Notes: generated by a model from the sequence alone, not told the origin. A DNA stretch of 64,000 bases from an uncultured Pseudomonadota bacterium (GCA_964597275.1 CAZQXS010000002.1:191-64190); one strand, 5' to 3'; shown: positions 8,415 through 18,263, counted from the first letter of the stretch. Numbers and translations are program-made.

Positions 8415-10952
8415 ATGGAAAAAACAGCCCTCACCGCACCCGAAACCGAACCCAATCCCTTCAACGTCCGCGACTTGCTGGGCCTGCGCCAGCGACGCAC
8501 CCTGCGGTTCTCGGAATTCGTGCAGGAGTTTTTGGAGCATCCGGATGACTACCTGCACACCTCGTCCTCGCTGATTGCCGCCGCGATCAAGCATTTCGGC
8601 TTCGAGATCGTGGTGCGCAGCGGCGAGCCGGTGTTGTCCTACAACATCTTCCGGGATCCCTTCAGCAGCGGCATCAACGCGGTGTTTGGTCAGGAGTTCT
8701 GCATCAAGCAGATTCTGGAGATCATCGAATCGGCGGACAAGGAGGTCGGCCCCAACCGGGGCATCATCCTCGTCGGCCCACCTGCGTCTGGAAAGACCAA
8801 CGTGGTGGACTTGCTGGTGCGGGCCTTGGAAGAGTACCTCAAGCAGGCCAACGTGCGGCTCTATTCCTTCCTCTTCCATTTCGAGGGACGCTCAGGGCGC
8901 ACCGTGGACATCCGCTCGGAGTTCCAGCAAAGCCCGGTGCTGCTCTTCCCCACGCTGCTTCAGGGAGAGAACGGCACGCTCTCGCGCCCTCGACAGGAGT
9001 TGTTTGAACACCTTGAGCGACAGCGTCGGGCCGCCGCAAGCGTCCACATTCCGGTGTATTACCAGAACGCCTCGCTCGACAAGCGCACCCTCGATGTGTT
9101 TGAGGGATTGCTGCACAACCCGCGCAATCAGGACAAGTCGCTGTTCGAGCTGCTGGAGGAGTACGTGCGCATCGAGGAGACGGAGTTCTCTGCCGCACAG
9201 GCCAAGGGCATCGCCAACATTGACGAGATGGCGCAACTGCACGTCCAGACCGTTCCCGTGGTGCTGGGGCAGGACGACCTTGAAGTCCTCCGCGAACACA
9301 TTCCGGGCTTCAACCCCTACCGCTACGAAGGCGCAACCGTCGGCTCCAACCGGGGCATCCTGCACATCCACGATGCCTTCGGGGTCAACGGAGAGCGCAT
9401 CCGTGAGAGCGATTACAAGCCGCTGCTCATGCTGCTCGGCAGCGGGCGGGTTTCCGTGGAGTCCACGCAGACTCCGGTGGACACCAACGTCGTCCTCACC
9501 ACCAACATCGAGGAGATGGAACTGCTGGATCACCAGCTCACCTCTTCCAAGCTGCTCGACCGCATCGAGAAGGTGCCCGTCAACTACCTGCTCGATGCCC
9601 GTGGCGAAATGGACATCCTGCGCCGCGACATGGCCAACATCAGCGAGAAGTACGAGGTGGACCCCAACCTCTTCCGGGTCGCGGCCTACTATTCCGTGAT
9701 GACGCGGCTGCTACCGCCCATGCGCCGCAAGTTTCCTCTCGGCTGGAGCGTTGAGAAAACCGAACTCTACCTTGGCATCACACCAGAACAAAAGCTGCTC
9801 ATCTACTCCTCGCTCAACGAGGATCCCGTCGGCACTATCCAGAAACTCCCGCACTGGCACCCGTTCCGAAACGAGGCGCTACGCATGGGCCTGAACCTCT
9901 CCCACCCCGAACACTTCGCCCCCTTCATCAAGCAGCATCCAGATGCCGTGGCCCTGCGGCATTCCGAAATGTTCGAGGAGGAGGAACTCAAGCTCATTGA
10001 CGACGAGTTCATGCGCATGCTGCTTCAGGAGCACTACCCCAACGAGGGGCGCAACGGCATCTCCATCCGGCAGCTTCAGAACGTGATGCGCAACACCATC
10101 GCCAACTCCGACGGCCACAAGGTCCACGTGGGCATCTTCCTCAGCCAACTCAAGAAGATGATTTCGGAGGGGCCGGAATTCCACCACTGGCTGGAAATTG
10201 ACGCGCAGTACACCAGCAAGCGCCGTCCCATCCCGGAGCGCACCCTCGATGGCCTTGACCTCATCGAAGGCGAGGGCGACTTTGGCGATTTTCAGGGGCT
10301 GGTTTCGGTCGTCAAGGCGCTCTACCACACCCTCATCCGCCGCGAGATCACGGTCTGCACGGTGGACCGCGACCCGCTCCAGATCGAAGCCGACCTGCGC
10401 CGCTACCTCCAGCACGCCCTGCTCGCCCGCGCCACCCGCAACAAGGCGTTCGCGCATGTCATGGTGCCGCGCTTCACCTTCATTGACCCCCTTTCCGGAC
10501 GCAAGGTGGACGAACCGGACCTCAACTACATGGCGTCCATCGAGGCGATCCTCACCCCAGACGAAGACTCCACCGAGGCGTTTCGGCAGGAAGTCGCCCA
10601 AAAGTTTCTGGACCTGCAATCCTCCGGAGACCTCGTGCTGGAATCGGACAAGGCCATCCTCACCTCCCGCAACGACAACCTCTTGCAGTGCTTCTCGAAG
10701 GAGTACGCGCAACTGCTCTCGCACCGCAAGGTGGACGACGAGATTGATCCAGAGCTACTGAGCAACGCCTTCTTCCAAAAGCTCAACGACCCGGAAGCCT
10801 TTGAGCGGGCCGTTCCGGCGGTGCGGCAATTCGTCGAGCGCATCCTCCAGAACATGCGGACGCGCTACCGCTACCCCAACTCTATCGCGCTCGCCACCAT
10901 CGTCTTCGCCCTGCGCAAAGGAGTGATTGACTTCCGCAACATCCTCAGCTGA
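8415..10952 (+). CDS. prkA: PrkA-family serine protein kinase (AAA+ N-domain, YeaG-like), unusually long at 845 aa
   Basis: Walker A GPPASGKT. Overall N-to-C collinearity with B. subtilis PrkA / E. coli YeaG (LLGPVGGGKS..., LKANGERSPV...PLCLF vs FHFEGRSG...SPVLLFP). Follows spoVR by 10 bp. Confidence 0.75.
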   Translation: MEKTALTAPETEPNPFNVRDLLGLRQRRTLRFSEFVQEFLEHPDDYLHTSSSLIAAAIKHFGFEIVVRSGEPVLSYNIFRDPFSSGINAVFGQEFCIKQILEIIESADKEVGPNRGIILVGPPASGKTNVVDLLVRALEEYLKQANVRLYSFLFHFEGRSGRTVDIRSEFQQSPVLLFPTLLQGENGTLSRPRQELFEHLERQRRAAASVHIPVYYQNASLDKRTLDVFEGLLHNPRNQDKSLFELLEEYVRIEETEFSAAQAKGIANIDEMAQLHVQTVPVVLGQDDLEVLREHIPGFNPYRYEGATVGSNRGILHIHDAFGVNGERIRESDYKPLLMLLGSGRVSVESTQTPVDTNVVLTTNIEEMELLDHQLTSSKLLDRIEKVPVNYLLDARGEMDILRRDMANISEKYEVDPNLFRVAAYYSVMTRLLPPMRRKFPLGWSVEKTELYLGITPEQKLLIYSSLNEDPVGTIQKLPHWHPFRNEALRMGLNLSHPEHFAPFIKQHPDAVALRHSEMFEEEELKLIDDEFMRMLLQEHYPNEGRNGISIRQLQNVMRNTIANSDGHKVHVGIFLSQLKKMISEGPEFHHWLEIDAQYTSKRRPIPERTLDGLDLIEGEGDFGDFQGLVSVVKALYHTLIRREITVCTVDRDPLQIEADLRRYLQHALLARATRNKAFAHVMVPRFTFIDPLSGRKVDEPDLNYMASIEAILTPDEDSTEAFRQEVAQKFLDLQSSGDLVLESDKAILTSRNDNLLQCFSKEYAQLLSHRKVDDEIDPELLSNAFFQKLNDPEAFERAVPAVRQFVERILQNMRTRYRYPNSIALATIVFALRKGVIDFRNILS

Positions 10953-10953
10953 C

Positions 10954-11484
10954 ATGAAGCCAAAACCCTTGGAGCCAATGCGGATTCGTCCGGAAACCGA
11001 AGCCGATCACGCCGGAGTCCGGCAGGTGCATCTTGAAGCGTTTGGGGGTGCGGAAGAAGCCGATTTGGTGGATCGCCTGCGGGATGCCGGAGCCGACAAG
11101 GTCGCGCTTGTTGCGGAAGTGTCTGGAGTGATTGCGGGGCAGGTGCTGTTCAGTCCCGTCACAGTGGAGAGTTCCCCTGACGATTCGGCAGCACTCGGAC
11201 TCGCGCCGCTCGGAGTCTTTCCCGCTCACCAACGCCAAGGCATCGGCAGTGCCCTCACCCACGCTGGGCTTGCGGCGTGTCGGGACTTGGGCTGCGGGGC
11301 CGTCTTCGTGCTGGGGCACCCGGAATACTACCCGCGCTTCGGCTTCCAACCCGCCTCCGACCACGGACTCTGGTTCGCCGACCTCGGCTTCCGGCCTGCC
11401 TTCATGGCCCTTGAACTGAAGCCAGAAGCACTTGCCCACCTCTCCGGCTCCGTTTCCTACCATCCTGAGTTTGCAGGAGTGTAG
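10954..11484 (+). CDS. GNAT-family N-acetyltransferase
   Basis: 177 aa; acetyl-CoA binding motif region (QRQGIGSAL...G). Start at MKPKPLEPMRIRPET. Confidence 0.7.
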   Translation: MKPKPLEPMRIRPETEADHAGVRQVHLEAFGGAEEADLVDRLRDAGADKVALVAEVSGVIAGQVLFSPVTVESSPDDSAALGLAPLGVFPAHQRQGIGSALTHAGLAACRDLGCGAVFVLGHPEYYPRFGFQPASDHGLWFADLGFRPAFMALELKPEALAHLSGSVSYHPEFAGV

Positions 11485-11500
11485 ATCTTCCTACATTCGT

Positions 11501-13159
11501 TCAATCCGGCTCAATAACGTAGTAGGGGATTTTTTGAGTAGTCGTTTCATAATCTCTCTTAAACATCGGTTTGACCTTGTTCAAAAGCGTCATGTCCAGC
11601 TTGCGATCACCCTTTTCAAGCACAATCTGAGAGAGGTATAGCGTGTTGCCAATTCGATGTAATCCAGCATGGGCAAGGTGATAATTTTCGACAATGTACT
11701 TCCATGACTCCCATGATGCCGCCTGCTTGAGATAGCGTGCGTTAATGTAGATGAAGCGTGAATTGAAGACATCTTCATAATTTCTGATGGCTTCCGTTGA
11801 TGCAGAAAGGTTGGAGCAGTACCTTTGAGCAAAATAACAGGTCGCCACATTTTGAGCAGAGCCAAGTGCAAACATTTTATCTGAGGGGTTTGTTCGTGAT
11901 TTCACATACTCTCCAGCAACGTCCAATCCAAAAAACTGAACATTGTACTGCCGATCAATGCTTGCTTTGACTTCACCATACGCATAACCCAGAATCACAA
12001 TGGAGCCAATGATTGACAAATAGGGTATTTTTATAAATTTTGATATTATCAAAAACACACTATGCAGACTGTATGCAACTCCGAATGAAAACAAATAGAC
12101 ATACGGCATTTGATAGTAATTATGCTGGTTGACATGGTCACTAAAGACAATCATGAAAGGAATGATTGAAAGCAAATTGAGCAATATGAAATAGCGAAAA
12201 TTACTCTTCACAAACAACATGAACAACAACCCAACAGTGAAAATATAAATCAACAAGTACGTGTAATTGTCCAGAAAATACCCAATGGAATCTATCGCCT
12301 TCCAGTATTCAAGGTCAAACGACTGTAACGGCTTGATCCGGCTACTCGCATAGCCCGAATGTCCCGGATTGAGCATCAGACTGGAGATGATGTAGATTGG
12401 AAAAATCAGGACGCTCAAAAATCCGGACCACGGGATCAATTCACGAATCCGGTTGCTTGACCGGAAGGCACGGAACAATTCTTGGTAGGGGATCAAGGCA
12501 AGCAGGGCAATCGAGGGGATCACAAACGCAGACTTGTAAAATCCGGTCAGCGTCCACGCAAGCCCGGTCAGGAGGGAGAACTGCCAAGAAGGCCGAGCTT
12601 TCCATCGGTTGAACAAGACGAAAGTCAGCAGCAGGCAGGCCAACCCCGGAGCTTCCGGTTGGATGTTCCTGCCAAAAAAAACATTGAGCGGCAGGATCGC
12701 CATCACCAAAGCCGTCAGCAAAGACAGGGTCTTGTCCTTGCTGAGTTGTTGTGTGAGGACAAACGAAAGGAAGATCGAACCCAGTGAAAAGAGAATCATT
12801 TGCAGACGGACGCTCCAGACATTCTCTCCCGTGACCTCCCAAACCAGTGCCGCCACATAGGAAATCAAGGGCACTTGAGCATAGGTGTCGAAATCCTTGT
12901 CATCGTAAAAGAACACCTTCCGCTCCAAGGAGAAGCCCTCATGGAAATAATGATGGGCCATGCTCAGGTATTCATTCTCCTTCATGTTGTGATACCCGAT
13001 GCTTGGATAATCCATGTGATAGGAGCGAAGATACGCACCAAACGCGAGAATCACGATCAATCCAAGGTACACCTGATGCTTGAGTGCAAAGGCGAGCAGG
13101 CGTTCCGCATTGATTGCTGGAGTGGGGGTTTCTGCAGGAGATTCGTTCTCTTGCGGCAT
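11501..13159 (-). CDS. GT-C fold glycosyltransferase, family 39 (PMT/ArnT-like) polytopic membrane protein
   Basis: 552 aa, 10+ predicted TM segments; N-terminal loop with DxD-like acidic motif typical of ArnT/PMT_2. The gene and its flanks are markedly AT-richer (~42-45% GC) than the surroundings. Confidence 0.6.
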   Translation of the reverse strand: MPQENESPAETPTPAINAERLLAFALKHQVYLGLIVILAFGAYLRSYHMDYPSIGYHNMKENEYLSMAHHYFHEGFSLERKVFFYDDKDFDTYAQVPLISYVAALVWEVTGENVWSVRLQMILFSLGSIFLSFVLTQQLSKDKTLSLLTALVMAILPLNVFFGRNIQPEAPGLACLLLTFVLFNRWKARPSWQFSLLTGLAWTLTGFYKSAFVIPSIALLALIPYQELFRAFRSSNRIRELIPWSGFLSVLIFPIYIISSLMLNPGHSGYASSRIKPLQSFDLEYWKAIDSIGYFLDNYTYLLIYIFTVGLLFMLFVKSNFRYFILLNLLSIIPFMIVFSDHVNQHNYYQMPYVYLFSFGVAYSLHSVFLIISKFIKIPYLSIIGSIVILGYAYGEVKASIDRQYNVQFFGLDVAGEYVKSRTNPSDKMFALGSAQNVATCYFAQRYCSNLSASTEAIRNYEDVFNSRFIYINARYLKQAASWESWKYIVENYHLAHAGLHRIGNTLYLSQIVLEKGDRKLDMTLLNKVKPMFKRDYETTTQKIPYYVIEPD

Positions 13160-13272
13160 GGCAACTTTCCGGGAAGGTTAAACTTAAAGTATAGATTCAG
13201 TCAATCCTAGGAAAAGCAGATCATAGGACGCTTGGGAAAATACTCAACGTATTATTTTCCCGCACCTCCACA

Positions 13273-14499
13273 TCACCCGATCACCCCAGCCGCTTTCCAC
13301 TCGGCAAGCTGCGCGTCGGTCACGTTCAGGGATGCTCGCAACACGTCCTCGGTGTGCTGTCCCAACGTGGGCGGCGAGTGGCGGTAGGAAACCGGAGTCT
13401 CCGACATCCGGACGGGGCTGGCCAGTAGCCGCAGCGGGTCTCCGGCAAGCGGGTGTTCCATTTCGTGGACCATGCCCCGATGCTGGATTTGCGGGTCGTC
13501 GAGCATTTCCGGCACGGAGTTCACGGGGCCAACGGGCACTCCCAGCGCGGCCAGCCCTTCCAGCCAGTGTTGCTTGGAGCGTTTCCGGGTGAGGTCGTTG
13601 ATGAGGGGAAGGAGGGCGATCCGGTTCTTGACACGGTTCTGGTTGGTGTTGAAGCGGGGATCATCGGCAAGCTCCGGAGCCTCGGCAAACTCGCAGAACT
13701 TGCGAAACTGTCCTTCGTTGCCGATGGCAAGAATGAAGTGGCCGTCCGAGGTGGGGAACACCTGATAGGGCGAGATGTTCGCGTGGGCGTTGCCGTAGCG
13801 TTTGGGCGGCTCCCCGGAGGTGAGGTAGTTGAGGCCGACGTTGACCAGCCACGCCGCATGGGAGTCCAGCAGGGAAAGGTCAATGTGCTGGCCCACGCCG
13901 CCTTGCTCGCGGTGCCGAACGGCAGAGAGAATGGACACTGCCGCGTACATCCCGCACATCACGTCCGCAATCGCCACCCCCACCTTCACCGGCTCCCCTT
14001 CCGGTTCTCCCGTGATGCTCATGATGCCCCCCATGCCCTGGACCATCAGGTCGTATCCAGCTTGGCTGGCGCGGGGTCCGGTTTGTCCAAAGCCCGTGAT
14101 CGAGCAGTAGATCAAGTTCGGAAATTCGGCGTGCAGGGATTCGTAGTCGAGTCCGTACTTCTTCAGGCCGCCGACCTTGAAGTTCTCCAGAAAAATGTCG
14201 CTTTGCTCTGCAAGTTGTCGGATGAGCTGCTGCCCTTCGGGATGGGCAAGGTCAATGGCGACCGAGCGCTTGTTGCGGTTGGCGCTCAAGTAGTAGGCAC
14301 TTTCGGTGGTGTCGTCGCCCTGCGCATCCTTGGCAAAAGGCGGCCCCCAGTTGCGAGTGTCGTCGCCTGCTCCGGGCTTTTCGATCTTGAGGACATCGGC
14401 TCCCAAATCGCCCAGCAGTTGGGCGCAAACGGGTCCGGCAAGGATGCGGCTGAGGTCGAGGATGCGAAGCCCCGCGAGGGGGCCAGTGTTGGTGGTCAT
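13273..14499 (-). CDS. CoA-transferase family III protein (CaiB/BaiF; formyl-CoA transferase-like)
   Basis: MTTNTGPLAGLRILDLSRILAGPVCAQLLGDLGADVLKIEKP...: canonical family III CoA-transferase N-terminus. Confidence 0.85.
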   Translation of the reverse strand: MTTNTGPLAGLRILDLSRILAGPVCAQLLGDLGADVLKIEKPGAGDDTRNWGPPFAKDAQGDDTTESAYYLSANRNKRSVAIDLAHPEGQQLIRQLAEQSDIFLENFKVGGLKKYGLDYESLHAEFPNLIYCSITGFGQTGPRASQAGYDLMVQGMGGIMSITGEPEGEPVKVGVAIADVMCGMYAAVSILSAVRHREQGGVGQHIDLSLLDSHAAWLVNVGLNYLTSGEPPKRYGNAHANISPYQVFPTSDGHFILAIGNEGQFRKFCEFAEAPELADDPRFNTNQNRVKNRIALLPLINDLTRKRSKQHWLEGLAALGVPVGPVNSVPEMLDDPQIQHRGMVHEMEHPLAGDPLRLLASPVRMSETPVSYRHSPPTLGQHTEDVLRASLNVTDAQLAEWKAAGVIG

Positions 14500-14561
14500 G
14501 GAAGGTGAATCACGGATTACAGGTTAACAATAGTTTTCGCAATTTTCTGAATCTAGGCACT

Positions 14562-14649
14562 CCGTTCGCCCTGAGCTTGTCAAAGCCTGTCCTGAGCCAA
14601 GCCGAAGGGGGCGCTTCCGTTCGTACTCCGACAAGCTCAGCACGAACGG
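14562..14649. repeat. REP-like palindromic element, family A ('LSLSKG' repeat), copy 1
   Basis: Inverted repeat CCGTTCGCCCTGAGCTTGTC ... GACAAGCTCAGCACGAACGG. Related copy at 28193-28256. Confidence 0.7.
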
Positions 14650-14791
14650 GAATGCTGTCACCGCAAAAAATTGCGTAAAGTTCTGAAAGCTTTGCACGAA
14701 TCGCCGCCTTCGGCAACCCGAAAGGGAATCCGGACTGGTGTTGCGCCCGGAATCCCGTAAAATCGTCGGGTCACGTTTGCTCGAACCCTGT

Positions 14792-16666
14792 ATGGCCCAA
14801 ACTCCCAACACCGTCCGCATCCTCCCGGAATCGCTGATCAACAAGATCGCCGCCGGAGAAGTCGTGGAACGCCCAGCCTCGGTCGTCAAGGAACTGGTCG
14901 AAAACGCGATTGATGCCGGAGCGAATCAGATTCTGGTGACGGTCAAGAACGGAGGCAAGGATCTGATCTCGGTCGTGGACAACGGCTGCGGGATGACGGA
15001 GGAGAACGCCCGGCTCGCGGTGGAGCGCCACGCGACCAGCAAAATCCAAGACGAGGACGATCTCTTTCGCATCCGCACCCTCGGATTCCGGGGCGAGGCA
15101 CTGGCTTCGATCGCCGCCGTTTCGCAGTTTGAGTTGCTGACCTGCGCAGACGAAGCCGAGGGCGGCATCCGCTTGGCGATTCAGGGCGGCTTCCTCGATC
15201 ACCTTGGGCGCACTGGATTTCCGCAGGGCACCAAAATCACCATCGAGCGGCTCTTCTACAACACCCCCGCCCGCCTCAAGTTCCTCAAGACCACCGCGAC
15301 CGAACTGCACCACATCCAGTCGTGGATCACCCAGCAGGCGCTCTCGCATCCAGAAATCCAATTCCGGCTCACGCACAACCAGCAACTGCTGTTGCACCTG
15401 CCCGGCAGTCAATCGCTGGAGGCGCGGGTGCAACAGTTGTTCGGGGAGGAGTTCCGGGACACCCTGCTGGAAGTTGCGCACAAGGAGGCGTACCTGCGCT
15501 ACGATGGTCTCGTTTCGCTGACCTCAAAACCGCGCACCAGCCGCCGCTGGCAGTACCTTTTCGTTAACGGACGCTCGGTCAAGTGTCCCGCCGTGGCACA
15601 TGGACTCTACGATGGCTACCGCACCTTCCTCGCCAAGGGGCAGCATCCGGCGTTCTTCCTGCGGCTGGAGGTGGACCCCACCGAGATTGATGTCAACGTC
15701 CATCCCGCGAAAACCGAAATCCGCTTCCGCAACAGCCAGATCGTCCACGCGATTCTTGCGGATCAACTGGCGAAGACGCTCAAGGAAGGGGCAAGCCGCC
15801 GCTTCTTCGGGCGCAGCCATGAGGCGGTGTTGCGGCCTTCCGGCCCTGTGGAACAAGCTGGGCTTCCGCTTCCAGAGGATCTGCCCATCGCGCAACCAGA
15901 CGTTGCGGCAGAGCAACGAACCGATCCCCGCGAACTTCCGCCCAAGGGCTCGCTGAAAGCACGAAAACTCACGCCATCCCCAACAACCAGCGGCCCGCCA
16001 TCCGCGACCCGCACGACGGCCCCGGAGCCGATCGAGCAGCAATCGCCTCCGCCTGAAAACCTGATCGTGCTGGAACCTCTGCCGGACGGCCCCAGCCTTT
16101 GGCATCCGTTGGGGCAGCTCGCGCCCGGCTGGTTGCTGGCGGAATCCTCGTCCGGATTAGCGGTGCTTTCGAGCCATGCGTTGCACAGCCATTTGCTCCA
16201 CGAAGCCTACCGCGAAGCGTTTCACAAGAACTCGGTTCCGGTGCGCGAATTCGAGGTGCCGCCTCTGCTGGAACTGCCCCCGCAGGAAACCGTGCTGCTG
16301 GAGCAGAACCAAGCGGCCCTCCAGCAAGGCGGTTTCCGGCTGGATTCCTTCGGCCCCCGGACCTATGCCGTGCAGGCCGTTCCGCGCTGGCTTCCCGAAT
16401 CCGCACTGCGCCCCCTGCTCGACGACTGGATGCGGCGCATTGGCCTGTTTGGCAAACGAGCGCGGCGCGAGGAAACGCATCACGATCTCTGGAAAGTGCT
16501 GGCCGAACATGCCGCCGTCCCGGGCTCGCAGCCACTCTCCCGGCACGATCAGGCGATGCTGCTCGCGCAGTGGGAATTTCTGGGCCGTCCGGTGCGTTCT
16601 GCACTAGGTTCCCGGATTCTCTCGGAGTTTCCATTTGATGAACTCTCCCGACGCATGAAAAACTGA
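14792..16666 (+). CDS. mutL: DNA mismatch repair protein MutL
   Basis: INKIAAGEVVERPASVVKELVENAIDAGA (GHKL ATPase), DNGCGM, transducer and C-terminal dimerization domains. Start at Met19 of ORF 14738..16666. Confidence 0.9.
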   Translation: MAQTPNTVRILPESLINKIAAGEVVERPASVVKELVENAIDAGANQILVTVKNGGKDLISVVDNGCGMTEENARLAVERHATSKIQDEDDLFRIRTLGFRGEALASIAAVSQFELLTCADEAEGGIRLAIQGGFLDHLGRTGFPQGTKITIERLFYNTPARLKFLKTTATELHHIQSWITQQALSHPEIQFRLTHNQQLLLHLPGSQSLEARVQQLFGEEFRDTLLEVAHKEAYLRYDGLVSLTSKPRTSRRWQYLFVNGRSVKCPAVAHGLYDGYRTFLAKGQHPAFFLRLEVDPTEIDVNVHPAKTEIRFRNSQIVHAILADQLAKTLKEGASRRFFGRSHEAVLRPSGPVEQAGLPLPEDLPIAQPDVAAEQRTDPRELPPKGSLKARKLTPSPTTSGPPSATRTTAPEPIEQQSPPPENLIVLEPLPDGPSLWHPLGQLAPGWLLAESSSGLAVLSSHALHSHLLHEAYREAFHKNSVPVREFEVPPLLELPPQETVLLEQNQAALQQGGFRLDSFGPRTYAVQAVPRWLPESALRPLLDDWMRRIGLFGKRARREETHHDLWKVLAEHAAVPGSQPLSRHDQAMLLAQWEFLGRPVRSALGSRILSEFPFDELSRRMKN

Positions 16667-18253
16667 ATGGTTGATGTTGCAAAACGCAGGCGGCTGGGGC
16701 AGGAACGCTCCGGAGGCCGTGCGGCCCGCAGAGCCTTGCGGAAAGCCGAAACCCCGCAGGTCGTGCAGGCCGGAATGCTGGGAGGCGCGTACAAGCCCTT
16801 GCGAGAGGCCGATTTGGAGAAAATCCACTACGCGGCGCTGGAAATCCTCGAAACCGTGGGCATCGGCGAGGCTACCCCGGAGGTGATCGAACTGGCGACC
16901 GAGCGCGGCTGCATCCTCAGCGAGGCCGGGCGACTCTGCTTTCCTCGCGCCTTGGTTGAAGATGTGCTGGCTCAAGCCGCCAACGAGTATGTGGTGCAGA
17001 GCCGTAACCCCGCCCATGCGGATTTGCAGGTGGGCGGCTATCGCGTGCATTACGCCACCAGCGGCGAGGCGGTCACGATCTTTGAATACTCCTCCAAAAC
17101 CTTCCGGCCCTCCACCCTGCTCGACCTCTACGATGCTTGCCGGCTCACCGATCGACTCGAACACATTCACCAGTTCGGACAAACCGTGATTCCCACCGAG
17201 ATCACGGACCTCGACGAACACGACCTGAATGTCGCTTACGCGCTAGTGGCGGGGACGGAGAAGCCCTTCGAGATGACCTTCAACCGCGCCCGGAACATCA
17301 AGCCTGCGGTGGAGCTGTTCGACATGGTTTTGGGCGGCACAGGACGATTTGCCGAAAAGCCCTTCTGCACCTTCGGCGGCTGCCCCATCGTCTCGCCTCT
17401 GCGCTTCGGTGAGGACAGTCTGGACATTCTCGTTGAAACCAGCCGTCTGGGCCTGATCAACGACATCGCCATCGCTCCGCAGGCCGGAGCTACCGCCCCC
17501 GCGCCGCTGGCAGGCTCGTTGGCGCAAGTGACGGCAGAAGGCTTGGCGTGTCTGGCGATTGTGAACCTCATCCGTCCGGGCTGTCCGATGAGCTTTGCGA
17601 TCTGGCCCTTCATCAGCGATTTGCGCACCGGCTCCTTTTCCGGAGGCAGTGGTGAGGAAGCTCTGATCGTCGCGGCGGCGGTACAGATCGGGAAGTTCTA
17701 CAACCTGCCGACCACCGTGCCCTCCAGCATGACCGACTCCAAAATTCCGGATGCGCAGGCAGGCTACGAAAAAGGCATCAGCGCCGTGCTGGCCGGACTG
17801 GCGGGCGGCAACCGGATTCTGGAATCGGCGGGGATGCTCGGCAGCCTGATGGGCTGTTCCTTCGAGGCGCTGGTGATCGACAACGACATGCTCGGCATGG
17901 TGCAGCGCGTGATTCGCGGCATCGAGGTCACGGACGAAACCCTGAGTCTGGACGTGATCAAAGAGGTTGCGCTGGGACCGGGGCACTACCTCGGACACCC
18001 CCAAACGCTGGAGCGGATGCAGAGCGAGTTTTTGTACCCGAAGCTCGCCGACCGCGCTACCCCCGGAGCTTGGGAGCAGGACGGCTCCAAGGACATGCTC
18101 GAACGCGCTCACGAAACCGCCCGTGAAATTCTGTCCGCCCACTACCCGGATCACCTTGACCCAAAAACCGATGCGGCGATTCGAGCAAAATTCCCGATTC
18201 TGCTGCCCCGCGATGCCATGAAACCCAGTTCCCGCTGGACTCCCGTAACTTGA
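16667..18253 (+). CDS. MttB-superfamily methyltransferase homologue (trimethylamine:corrinoid methyltransferase family, no in-frame amber codon), paralogue 1
   Basis: 528 aa. N-terminal GGRAARRALR...GGAYKPL...LEKIHYAALEILETVG and TIM-barrel body typical of the MttB family. Paralogous to 37123..38670. ATG abuts the mutL stop. Confidence 0.85.
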   Translation: MVDVAKRRRLGQERSGGRAARRALRKAETPQVVQAGMLGGAYKPLREADLEKIHYAALEILETVGIGEATPEVIELATERGCILSEAGRLCFPRALVEDVLAQAANEYVVQSRNPAHADLQVGGYRVHYATSGEAVTIFEYSSKTFRPSTLLDLYDACRLTDRLEHIHQFGQTVIPTEITDLDEHDLNVAYALVAGTEKPFEMTFNRARNIKPAVELFDMVLGGTGRFAEKPFCTFGGCPIVSPLRFGEDSLDILVETSRLGLINDIAIAPQAGATAPAPLAGSLAQVTAEGLACLAIVNLIRPGCPMSFAIWPFISDLRTGSFSGGSGEEALIVAAAVQIGKFYNLPTTVPSSMTDSKIPDAQAGYEKGISAVLAGLAGGNRILESAGMLGSLMGCSFEALVIDNDMLGMVQRVIRGIEVTDETLSLDVIKEVALGPGHYLGHPQTLERMQSEFLYPKLADRATPGAWEQDGSKDMLERAHETAREILSAHYPDHLDPKTDAAIRAKFPILLPRDAMKPSSRWTPVT

Positions 18254-18263
18254 TGAGATTGCC

